DNA from: an uncultured Acidobacteriota bacterium
Lineage (GTDB): Bacteria > Acidobacteriota > Thermoanaerobaculia > Multivoradales > UBA5704
Direction of reading: 5' to 3'
DNA: 64,000 bases
NCBI GenBank assembly: GCA_963700145.1
Contig: OY969474.1
Location: 2,464,001-2,528,000 of the forward strand
Shown here: positions 56,139 through 64,000 of the stretch, piece by piece
Layout of the letters: each line of letters starts with the position of its first letter
How positions within the stretch are numbered: position 1 is the first letter of the stretch
The notes under the pieces: generated by a model
What the model saw: the letters and a program-made list of their open reading frames with translations, nothing else
Database searches by the model: none
What the model was told of the DNA's origin: nothing
Position numbers and translations under genes: made by a program

Positions 56139-56870
56139 CTAGGGCACGACGCCGAACGAGACCAGCTCCAGGCTCTCGTCCTTGACGATCCCGACGCCGG
56201 GGCAGAAGACCTTGACGTCCACCGCGTTGGGGTTGCTGGAGAGCGGGTTGGTCTCGTCGATCTGCACGCACTCGGTGAAGATGCCGGCCGGGACCGACAC
56301 CGCGAACCCCATGCGCGCGTTCTCGCCGCGGTCCTCGGCGTCGTCCGGGGCCTGCTCCTGGAAGTAGCGCGCGCCGAGCAGGAAGCTGCCGGGCATGAGG
56401 AGCCCGGGCTGGGCGCCGTCCACGCCGGCGCGCCAGGCGCCCTCGTGGTCGACCAGCACGCCGTCCTCGTAGTTGTCCACCTCTTCGCCGAAGTAGAAGA
56501 TGTTGCTCGTCTGGACGCAGCGGGCGACCCAGTTGCGCGACACCTCGACGATCTCGCCGTCCTCGAACTCCCGCTCCTCCATCACCCGGGTGACGACCGT
56601 CAGCGGCTTGCCCTTGGCGGTGGTGAAGTGGATCGTCTCCAGCTGGTGCAGCATGGTGACCTCCGCCCGGATCTCCGTGCCGTCCTCCTCGCCCTCCAGC
56701 ACCTGCTGGCGGCCGGGACGCAAGCTCATGTAGGGGTTCTCCCGCCCCCAGGCCGACCAGGTGCAGTCCTCGATGCGGAAGTCGGTGGTGAACTCGTCCG
56801 CGCCGAGGGCGGCCTGCGGCAGGGCGAGGGCGGCCGCCAGGGTCAAAGCCAGTCCGATGCTCGTTCTCAT
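56139..56870 (-). CDS. Secreted hypothetical protein
   Basis: GGAGG RBS, signal peptide, NPYMSL..YFGEEVDNY..GAWRAGVDGAQPG. Confidence 0.75.
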   Translation of the reverse strand: MRTSIGLALTLAAALALPQAALGADEFTTDFRIEDCTWSAWGRENPYMSLRPGRQQVLEGEEDGTEIRAEVTMLHQLETIHFTTAKGKPLTVVTRVMEEREFEDGEIVEVSRNWVARCVQTSNIFYFGEEVDNYEDGVLVDHEGAWRAGVDGAQPGLLMPGSFLLGARYFQEQAPDDAEDRGENARMGFAVSVPAGIFTECVQIDETNPLSSNPNAVDVKVFCPGVGIVKDESLELVSFGVVP

Positions 56871-56959
56871 GGGTGGATTCCTCCTCTCTGCGCGGTTGGA
56901 CGCGCGGAGCGGCGGAATCCTTCGCGGGGGCGGAAAACGCCCGGCACGTAGGCCGGGCG

Positions 56960-57796
56960 CTACGGAGCGGGCGTAGGGGCGGCGGCCGGGGCCGCCGGCG
57001 GGGCCGGCGGCTTGGGGGCGGCGCCGGCGAGCCAGGCCTGGTAGCCGGCGGCGTCGTGGACGGTGAAGAAGCCCTTCATCCGGTAGTGGGAGAGGCCGCA
57101 GAGCTGAGCGCAGGCGATCTCCCAGCAGTCCATCGTCTTGGCGCAGCCGCCGGCGAGGGTCGCCTCGGGCGGGGTCACCGTCGTGGGGGTGAAGTGGACG
57201 GGGATCTCGATCCCCGGGACGGCGTCCTGCTTGACCCGCATGGTGGGCAGGAAGAAGCTGTGGATCACGTCCTTCGAGGAGAGGCGGATGTAGGCCGGGC
57301 GGCCGACCTCGAGGTGGAGCTGGTTGATCGTCGTGACGTCGTCGGCCGCCGCCGGGTCGTTCCTGTCGATCCCCAGCGGGTTGGTGCCGGTCGAGATGAG
57401 CTTGACGTCGGTGCGCCCGAAGCGGCCGTCGGCCCCGGGGTAGTGAATGTTCCAGGCGAACTGCTCCCCCACCACCCGCACCTCGATCGCCCGCTGCCGC
57501 TCCTCGGGGCTCAGCGCCGACACCCGCCGCGCCCACATCGGCACCGCGAAGCCGATGAGGAGAGCGATCTCGACGATCGCCACCCCGACCTCGCCGTAGG
57601 TCGAGAAATGCCCCTTGGCGCCGGCGTAGCGCGCCGTCTGCTGCCGCCCGCCGCGGAAGCGGACCAGCGCCACCAGGAAGTAGATGGACCAGCCGACGAA
57701 CAGGATGGCCATCACCCAGTGGACGAGGCCGGTCAGGAAGTCGAGCTCCCCGCCGTGCGCCGAGCCGTTGAACGGCAGGTTGAGATATCTCTCCAT
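56960..57796 (-). CDS. coxB: Cytochrome c oxidase subunit II
   Basis: QFAWNIHYPG, DVIHSF, KQDAVPG, CAQLCGLSHYRM CuA motif. Confidence 0.93.
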   Translation of the reverse strand: MERYLNLPFNGSAHGGELDFLTGLVHWVMAILFVGWSIYFLVALVRFRGGRQQTARYAGAKGHFSTYGEVGVAIVEIALLIGFAVPMWARRVSALSPEERQRAIEVRVVGEQFAWNIHYPGADGRFGRTDVKLISTGTNPLGIDRNDPAAADDVTTINQLHLEVGRPAYIRLSSKDVIHSFFLPTMRVKQDAVPGIEIPVHFTPTTVTPPEATLAGGCAKTMDCWEIACAQLCGLSHYRMKGFFTVHDAAGYQAWLAGAAPKPPAPPAAPAAAPTPAP

Positions 57797-58009
57797 CTAG
57801 GCTTTCCCCCCTTTGAGCAGGCGCAGCCGGGTGGCCGGCCGGGAGACCCGCTTCGAGCGCTGCCAGAAGTCCCAGAAAAGCTTGCCGAAGCCGACCCACA
57901 TCACCGCCACGATGCCGAGCAGGAAGAGGATGGCGTTGTTCATGCCGCCGACGATCGGCGAGTCGGCGGCGCCGAAGCAGGTGGCGCAGGCGGCGGCCCA
58001 GCCGGTCAC
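57797..58009 (-). CDS. Small CxxC membrane protein in the cox operon
   Basis: ACATCFG plus one TM; packed between cox genes. Confidence 0.6.
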   Translation of the reverse strand: MTGWAAACATCFGAADSPIVGGMNNAILFLLGIVAVMWVGFGKLFWDFWQRSKRVSRPATRLRLLKGGKA

Positions 58010-58010
58010 C

Positions 58011-58229
58011 TCACTCCTCCTCCGGCGCGATGCGGCGGAGCTTGTCGCGCACCCGCAGGCCGTAGACGGCGAGCACCGCGGCGACGGCGAAGAAGACGAT
58101 CCCCATCCCCAGCTCCGTGCCGGCGCCCGAGGCGCGCCAGGCGCCGATCCCCCACACCCCCACCCACGCCGACAGCAGCACCGAGGCGGCGATGAAGAAG
58201 AGGTGGAAGGTGCGCAGTGAGAGCGGCAT
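58011..58229 (-). CDS. Small two-TM protein in the cox operon
   Basis: SLRTFHLFFI, two TMs. Confidence 0.65.
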   Translation of the reverse strand: MPLSLRTFHLFFIAASVLLSAWVGVWGIGAWRASGAGTELGMGIVFFAVAAVLAVYGLRVRDKLRRIAPEEE

Positions 58230-58235
58230 CGCGCG

Positions 58236-58553
58236 CTAGCCGCCTCCGGGCCGGACGCCGATGGTGTCCCCTTCGGTGCCCAGGGGGACGATCATCAGGA
58301 CGATGAAGAAGACCACCGTCAGCGCCAGCAGCCAGTAGATGACCCGTCGTTCGTCGAGCAGGTGCATGAAGTAGCCGGCCACCAGAGACCCCTTGACGAC
58401 CGCGATAAGCAAAGCCACCGCAACTGTCATGCCCGGGCCGAGCTGCAGGCGGCTCGCCGCCACCGTCACCACCGTCAGCACCGCCAGCGCCGCGAAGACC
58501 AGCACGTAGGTGCGGGTCTGCCGCCGGATCGCCTCCACGTCGTGTCCGCTCAT
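58236..58553 (-). CDS. coxD: Cytochrome c oxidase subunit IV family
   Basis: YVLVFAALAVLT..IAVVKGSLVAGYFMHL. Confidence 0.85.
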   Translation of the reverse strand: MSGHDVEAIRRQTRTYVLVFAALAVLTVVTVAASRLQLGPGMTVAVALLIAVVKGSLVAGYFMHLLDERRVIYWLLALTVVFFIVLMIVPLGTEGDTIGVRPGGG

Positions 58554-58572
58554 CGCGCCTCCGTCGCCTCCG

Positions 58573-59163
58573 TCAGAGCAAATACAACGTCGGGAACAGA
58601 AAGATCCACACCAAGTCCACGAAGTGCCAGTACAGGCCGGCCACCTCGATGCGGTTGGCGAAGCGCTCGGGATCGCGCTTCCAGAGCTTCGCGCCGGGAC
58701 CCCAGAAGTAGCCGTTGACGATCATCCCGCCGAGCACGTGCAGGCCGTGCAGGCCGGTCAACGTGAAGTAGATGGCGAGGAAGGTGTTGGTCGACGGGTA
58801 GAGGTGGTGCTCGAACTTGGTGCCATACTCGACGGCCTTGACGATCATGAAGCCGAACCCGGCCAGGATCGTCAGCCCCATGTAGAGCCGGTACTTCTTG
58901 AAGTCGCCGAGCTTGAGCGAGGCCCACGACATGACCATCGTCACCGACGAGCCGATGAGGATGAGCGTGTTGAGGGTGGCGAGCCAGACGTTGAGGTACT
59001 CGGAGCCGTGCGGCCAGCTCGCGGCGCCGGTGCGCAGCAGCACGTAGGAGGAGAAGAGGGCGCCGAAGAGCATCACCTCGGAGGCCAGGAAGAGCCAGAT
59101 CCCGAGCTTGGCGTTGTAGAGGCCGGTGTCCGGCCGCGGCTCGACGGTATAGGGGATCTGCAT
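58573..59163 (-). CDS. coxC: Cytochrome c oxidase subunit III
   Basis: WLFLASEVMLF, TGLHGLHV, YWHFVDLVW. Confidence 0.93.
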   Translation of the reverse strand: MQIPYTVEPRPDTGLYNAKLGIWLFLASEVMLFGALFSSYVLLRTGAASWPHGSEYLNVWLATLNTLILIGSSVTMVMSWASLKLGDFKKYRLYMGLTILAGFGFMIVKAVEYGTKFEHHLYPSTNTFLAIYFTLTGLHGLHVLGGMIVNGYFWGPGAKLWKRDPERFANRIEVAGLYWHFVDLVWIFLFPTLYLL

Positions 59164-59166
59164 GGC

Positions 59167-60948
59167 TCAGGCCGCCTCTTCGTCGGCGTCGCCGTTCTGC
59201 GTCAGATAGGCGGCGGGCGCCTCCGGGACGCTGTACTCGTAGGGGCCGCGCACCACCGTCGGCACGTGCGCGAAGTTGCCGTGCGGGATCGGCGGCGAGG
59301 GGGCGGCGGCCCACTCCAGGGTCGTCGCCTCCCAGTGGTTGTCGGCCACGCGCTTGCCCTTCGCCATGCTCCAGAAGAAGTTGATGATGAAGGGGATCTG
59401 CGACAGGCCCAGGCACCAGGCCGAGACCGACATCACCTCGTTGAGCCAGAGCACGTCCTGGGCGTGCGCGTACTGCTGGCCGCCGTCGTAGAGGCGGCGC
59501 GAGACCCCGGCCAGCCCCTGCCAGAACATCGGCATGAAGACGCCGTTGATGAACAGGAACGAGGGCCAGAAGTGGATCTTCCCCAGCAGCTCGTTCATCT
59601 TCTTGCCGGTCACCTTGGGGAACCAGTAGTAGATGCCGGCGAACATGGCGAAGATCGTCCCCGGCGCCACGACGTAGTGGAAGTGGCCGATGACGTAGTA
59701 GGTGTCGTGGAGGTGGATGTCGGCGGCGGCGAGCCCCAGCGGCAGCCCGGTGAGGCCGCCGATGCCGAACATCGGCAGGAAGGCGAGGGCGAAGAGCATC
59801 GGCGTGTTGAAGCGGATCGAGCCCCCCCAGAGCGACAGGAAGAGGGCCGAGAGGATGATCACCGAGGGGATCGAGATGATCATCGTCGTGGTCTGGAAGA
59901 AGGTCGAGATCGCCGTTCCCATGCCGGTCAGGAACATGTGGTGGGACCAGACGATGAACGACATGAAGCCGACGAAAATCAGCGAGTAGACCATCGAGCG
60001 GTAGCCGTAGAGCGGCTTCCGCGTGTTGTTGGTGATGACCTCGGCGACGATGCCGAAGGCGGGGAGGATGAGGACGTAGACCTCGGGGTGGGCGAGGAAC
60101 CAGAAGAGGTGCTGCCAGAGCAGCGGGCTGCCGCCGCCGGCGACCTCGAGGGCCTTGCCCGAGATGACCAGCCCCTCCGGCAGGAAGAAGCTGGTGCCGG
60201 CCACGCGGTCCATGAACTGGAGGATCGCCGCGGCCTGCAGGGCCGGGAAGGCGAGGAGCAGCAGGAACGAGGTCACGAACTGCGCCCAGACGAAGAACGG
60301 CAGCCGGAACCAGGTGAGGCCCGGGGCGCGGAGCTGGATGATGGTGACCAGGAAGTTGGTGGCGCCGAGCAGCGAGGAGAAGATCAGGAAGAGCATGCCG
60401 ACCAGCCACCAGGTCTGGCCGGCGGTGGCGATGTTGGAGAGCGGCGGGTAGGAGGTCCAGCCCGAGTTGGCGGCCCCGCCCGGCGCGAAGAAGCTCGCCA
60501 GCATGACCACCCCGCCCACGAAGTAGAACCAGTAGCTCGCCATGTTGAGCTTGGGGAAGGCCATGTCGGGGGCGCCGATCTGCAGCGGCACGACGTAGTT
60601 GCCGAAGGCGCCGACGGCGAGCGGCACGATGCCCAAGAAGACCATGATCGTGCCGTGCATAGCCCCGAGCTGGTTGTAGAACTCGGGGAGCATGATGCCG
60701 CCGGTGGCCTGGCCCTCGCCGAGCAGCCCGCCGATCAGCGGCAGCGGCTTGCCTGGGTAGGCGAGCTGCCAGCGCATCATCATCATCAGGCTGAAGCCGA
60801 AGAGCAGGAAGGTGAGGGCGGTGAAACCGTACTGGATGCCGATCACCTTGTGGTCCTGCGAGAAGACGTACTTCCGCCAGAAGCTGGGCTCGTCGTGGTG
60901 GGCGGCGTCGTGCGCGTGCCCGCCCCGTTCCTCGACCAGTGCACTCAT
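59167..60948 (-). CDS. coxA: Cytochrome c oxidase subunit I (A-type)
   Basis: DHKVIG, MHGTIM, FWFLAHPEVY, WSHHM, HDTYYVIGHFHY. Confidence 0.96.
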   Translation of the reverse strand: MSALVEERGGHAHDAAHHDEPSFWRKYVFSQDHKVIGIQYGFTALTFLLFGFSLMMMMRWQLAYPGKPLPLIGGLLGEGQATGGIMLPEFYNQLGAMHGTIMVFLGIVPLAVGAFGNYVVPLQIGAPDMAFPKLNMASYWFYFVGGVVMLASFFAPGGAANSGWTSYPPLSNIATAGQTWWLVGMLFLIFSSLLGATNFLVTIIQLRAPGLTWFRLPFFVWAQFVTSFLLLLAFPALQAAAILQFMDRVAGTSFFLPEGLVISGKALEVAGGGSPLLWQHLFWFLAHPEVYVLILPAFGIVAEVITNNTRKPLYGYRSMVYSLIFVGFMSFIVWSHHMFLTGMGTAISTFFQTTTMIISIPSVIILSALFLSLWGGSIRFNTPMLFALAFLPMFGIGGLTGLPLGLAAADIHLHDTYYVIGHFHYVVAPGTIFAMFAGIYYWFPKVTGKKMNELLGKIHFWPSFLFINGVFMPMFWQGLAGVSRRLYDGGQQYAHAQDVLWLNEVMSVSAWCLGLSQIPFIINFFWSMAKGKRVADNHWEATTLEWAAAPSPPIPHGNFAHVPTVVRGPYEYSVPEAPAAYLTQNGDADEEAA

Positions 60949-61283
60949 GCGGCCTTCTCCTCTTGGGGGAGCCTCGAAACCCGCGGGAGTGTATGGGAGG
61001 CGCGGAGGGCGGGGCAAGGGTCTGGGCTGCTGAGCTCCGCAGCGCAGCTGGAGGCCACCAACTCTCCCTTAGCGCCCGAGCGATGCCACCTTCCGCACAG
61101 TTTGCGCACCGCCTCCACCATTCGCTTAAAAAGGCGGCCTCCTGCTATACTGGCCTTAACCTGGCGTCGAGACTCGAGGACGTAGAAACCCGCTGCTCGG
61201 GGGGCATGCATTGTCTGCACTGCCTTTTGCTCCCGGTAAGCCTGCATCGTCGGTGCTGGACGCTAGGTAGATAAGGGATCGCA

Positions 61284-62894
61284 ATGTTGCCAAACCGTGC
61301 CTCTCTCTTTCTAGTTTGTACGCTCGCCTTGCTCGCAGCTCTGACACAGCTCCCTCAGCTAACTTCACGTTTACGCCTGACTCCGACGAGCCCCAGCGTC
61401 CAGGCGACGACCGCCGACACTTGGCGCAAGCTTCGGTGGCTTGATGAGAACGGGCGAATCCAGCCTGCGCTGGTGATGCAAGCCCAGGCCCAGGACTTTA
61501 TGAACCGGAACCGGGCGAGTTCCACACTCGCTACGAGCGGTCGCGGAGTCGCGGGGATCCATCCTGCGTTCTGGCAGCCGCGAGGCCCGTTGTCGATCCC
61601 CGGCATCGCACGCCATCTCTACGTCGATCCTGCCGACCCCAAAAAGCTCCTGGCCTACTTGGGTGGCGCCGGCCTCTTCCGCACCGAGGACATGGGGCAG
61701 GGATGGACATCACCTCAGCGGCTCTCTCTGCCCGGCATCCTCGTCATCGGCATCGCCTATCCGCCGGCACCGGGCTTACCGATGTACGTCACCGGAGGAT
61801 GTTGTCCGGGAGTGGCCAGTCTGCTGCGCTCCGACGACCTCGGGCATACCTTCCGCACGCTTCACACGACTGACTCAGATCTCTATCTAGCGACCGACCC
61901 AGTGGTGACGAGCGATGGCAAGGCGCTCCTTGTGTTCGGCGCTCGCCGCCAAGACCCTTTTCCGGCGCTCCTCCGCAGTACCGACGGCGGGAAAAACTTC
62001 TCGCGCGTCCTTGGGGGAACACTCACCCCAAGGGCCGAGTGGGCCACCCCGCTGGCCGCTCACCCCACAGACCCAGGCCGCGTTGTCGCTCTTCGCCTGA
62101 CTTTTGCCCACGATGCCGAACCGCCCTCGAATTCGCTGCATACTTCGCTCGATGGGGGATTGAATTGGAAGGCCTCCAGCTCGCCCCTTCCGGTCGGTCA
62201 CGCCGTTGCCGCCTTCGCACCTTCAGACTCCAGTTTTCTATACGTCAGCATCGATGAGAGGGTCTATGGCAGCTCCGACGGTGGACTCAGCTTCGAGTAT
62301 CGCGGATCGACGCCGCATTTCAAAGTGCTCGACGGCTGTGTGCTGAATCGTCGCTTCTGGGTTTTCTCTGCCGGCTTGACGAATGTCGAGGTCGAACTGG
62401 TGGTTCACGATAGGACGACGAATGCGTCGAAGCTCTATCGCAGCAGCGGTGGACAACCCTTCCAACCGATTCAGGATACCTTGGCCCTGCCCGGGTGCTC
62501 GGCCCCCACAGAAGACGGGTTCAGTCTCCGGTCGAAAGCTCCTTCGACCAACCTGTCTACCTGTCCCGGCTGTCTACACGATGGGAGATTTAGGCTGTCG
62601 GCGGAGTGGCGCACTTCGGATGGCAAGTTGGGACTAGGTACCTTCATCCCGCTGACCAGCGAGACTGGCTATTTCTGGTTCTTCAGTCCGTCAAATGTCG
62701 AGGCCATCGTCAAGGTTCTGGACGGCTGCGCGCTCAATCGCCGCTTCTGGGTCTTCACCGCCGGACTGACGAACGTCGGCGTAGAACTCACCGTTACGGA
62801 CACCGTGACCGGAAAGACCTGGCGCCACTCAAGTCCCCTGAAGACCGTGTTCCAACCACGCCTTGATACGAGCGCTCTTGCGGTTTGTGAGTAG
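61284..62894 (+). CDS. Secreted BNR/Vps10-like beta-propeller protein with ~1.5 copies of the C-terminal accessory domain; lower GC
   Basis: S.D.G..W/F Asp-box repeats; KVLDGC..NRRFWVF.AGLTNV twice. Confidence 0.72.
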   Translation: MLPNRASLFLVCTLALLAALTQLPQLTSRLRLTPTSPSVQATTADTWRKLRWLDENGRIQPALVMQAQAQDFMNRNRASSTLATSGRGVAGIHPAFWQPRGPLSIPGIARHLYVDPADPKKLLAYLGGAGLFRTEDMGQGWTSPQRLSLPGILVIGIAYPPAPGLPMYVTGGCCPGVASLLRSDDLGHTFRTLHTTDSDLYLATDPVVTSDGKALLVFGARRQDPFPALLRSTDGGKNFSRVLGGTLTPRAEWATPLAAHPTDPGRVVALRLTFAHDAEPPSNSLHTSLDGGLNWKASSSPLPVGHAVAAFAPSDSSFLYVSIDERVYGSSDGGLSFEYRGSTPHFKVLDGCVLNRRFWVFSAGLTNVEVELVVHDRTTNASKLYRSSGGQPFQPIQDTLALPGCSAPTEDGFSLRSKAPSTNLSTCPGCLHDGRFRLSAEWRTSDGKLGLGTFIPLTSETGYFWFFSPSNVEAIVKVLDGCALNRRFWVFTAGLTNVGVELTVTDTVTGKTWRHSSPLKTVFQPRLDTSALAVCE

Positions 62895-63000
62895 CCGATC
62901 TTCGCGCTTCGCGGGCGGCCGAAGTCGGGAAGGGACCGCCTAAGAGCCCGCGCGGCGCCAAAACGGCGCGCAAATCGCTCCGGTACGGAGATGGAAGCTC

Positions 63001-63190
63001 CGTTATGGTGCCGGGCGCTCCGTTACCGTGCCGGGCACTTCGTCACCGTAACGGGCGCTCCGTCACCGTGCCGGGCGCTCCGTTATCGTACCGGGCGCTC
63101 CGTTATCGTACCGGGCGCTCCGTTACCGTAACGGGCGCTCCGTCACCGTAACGGGCCGTCCATCTCCGAGATGGGCGCTCCGTCTCCGTC
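63001..63190. repeat. 20-bp tandem array (~9 units), consensus cgtyaccgtrmcgggcgctc
   Basis: cgttaccgtgccgggcactt / cgtcaccgtaacgggcgctc / cgttatcgtaccgggcgctc x2 etc., in exact 20-bp register. Confidence 0.9.
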
Positions 63191-63355
63191 GCTGGGCTCC
63201 GGCGTCCGTCACCGTGCCTCGGAAACCGCCGCGGGCCGCGCCAAGCCAATCCGGTCGCAAGGACGCCACACCGGCCGGCACGTAAGCAGGGACGTATCAT
63301 CAGCGCACGGCGGGCAACGCGGGGAGCGCGAAGTCGATGAGACTGGAGGTCAGCT

Positions 63356-63670
63356 ATGAGTCAGGCAACCAAGCAACGAGTTGAATCCGAAAGGCCGGTG
63401 CGCGTCCTCGGGCGCGGCCTGCGAGCGCAGCGAGGGGTCCACCTCACGTTGCGCACCCTGCGCGAGGCGGCCGGCAAGACGCAGGTCGAAGTCGCCGAAA
63501 CATCTCAGATCAATCAGGCGGACATCTCCCGGCTCGAGAGCCGGGGGAGCTTCGAAGATTGCCAGCTCTCGACGCTGCAGAGATACGTCGCCGCGCTCGG
63601 TGGACAGCTGGAGCTCGTCGCGGCTTTCGGCAACAAGAAGATCGTTCTCGCGGGGGTCCAGAAGCGATGA
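63356..63670 (+). CDS. XRE-family HTH protein (HigA-like antitoxin, no adjacent toxin seen)
   Basis: GGAGG RBS; LRTLREAAGKTQVEVA..QADISRLE..LSTLQRYVAALGGQLE. Confidence 0.85.
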   Translation: MSQATKQRVESERPVRVLGRGLRAQRGVHLTLRTLREAAGKTQVEVAETSQINQADISRLESRGSFEDCQLSTLQRYVAALGGQLELVAAFGNKKIVLAGVQKR

Positions 63671-64000
63671 AGCGCTCCAAGGCAGCAGGTCTCTTGGCAG
63701 CCGCCGTGGTCCTCGGCGCGTTGGCTCCTCGAACCGGGGCCGAAGAGCCGAAGGATGCGGCGCCGTTCGACGAAGCGAAGGCGATCGAGGGGTTGAAGCT
63801 CCAGATCGCCGGCAAGGAGAAGGAGCCGGCCGGCACCGTCTTCAAGAACGTCCAGGTCTTGGGCGCCGTCCCGGCCGGCAGGCTCCTGGGGATCATGCAG
63901 ATCGGCTACGCGCGGTCGCTGGGGGTGACGTGCACGCACTGTCATGTCGCGGGCGACTGGGCGGCGGACGACAACGCGCACAAGCGCATCGCGCGCCAGA
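63667..64000 (+). CDS. c-type cytochrome (reaction-centre cytochrome c subunit-like family), runs off the window end
   Basis: Not in the ORF track; ATGA overlap; reads MKRSKAAGLLAAAVVLG..FKNVQVL..SLGVTCTHCHV..KRIAR with CxxCH. Confidence 0.82.
   Translation, partial: MKRSKAAGLLAAAVVLGALAPRTGAEEPKDAAPFDEAKAIEGLKLQIAGKEKEPAGTVFKNVQVLGAVPAGRLLGIMQIGYARSLGVTCTHCHVAGDWAADDNAHKRIARQ

Noticed and set aside
63667-64000. Evidence of phototrophy from the reaction-centre cytochrome-like gene
   Set aside because: Short members of this family occur in non-phototrophs, and no puf/bch genes are present

Overview
This is a very GC-rich bacterial chromosomal window. The lineage is probably Acidobacteriota (Thermoanaerobaculia-like), inferred from a GWxTD/VWA protein and a lineage-typical C-terminal domain. 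The left part holds a Tat multicopper oxidase, a vanadium haloperoxidase-like protein, a CysM/Mec/ThiS-MoeB-rhodanese sulfur-transfer operon with an extra dead JAB paralog, and a protein-glutaminase followed by what looks like a free-standing copy of its pro-domain. The 10.6-29.7 kb stretch is an accessory/conflict region. There, an EAD-trypsin / EAD-iSTAND-like / MoxR / vWA / multidomain-effector system plus a convergent trypsin lies between ~700-bp direct repeats of an esterase 5' end. A VapBC module lies between 51-bp repeats of a rhomboid 5' end, next to a TIR-STAND-WD40 gene. Several genes here are split by single-base indels that may be read errors. The right part holds an RND pair with adaptor, a three-gene Gly-zipper peptide / small protein / DUF6895-like operon (RiPP-like candidate), an ABC exporter, xseAB, a YhaM-like nuclease, a TonB receptor-FecR-ECF set, a rearranged cytochrome c oxidase operon, an orphan HTH and a c-type cytochrome. 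Three 20-21-bp tandem arrays lie in intergenic DNA. No rRNA, tRNA, CRISPR, integrase or transposase was recognised. All family calls come from motif recognition by eye, not database searches.
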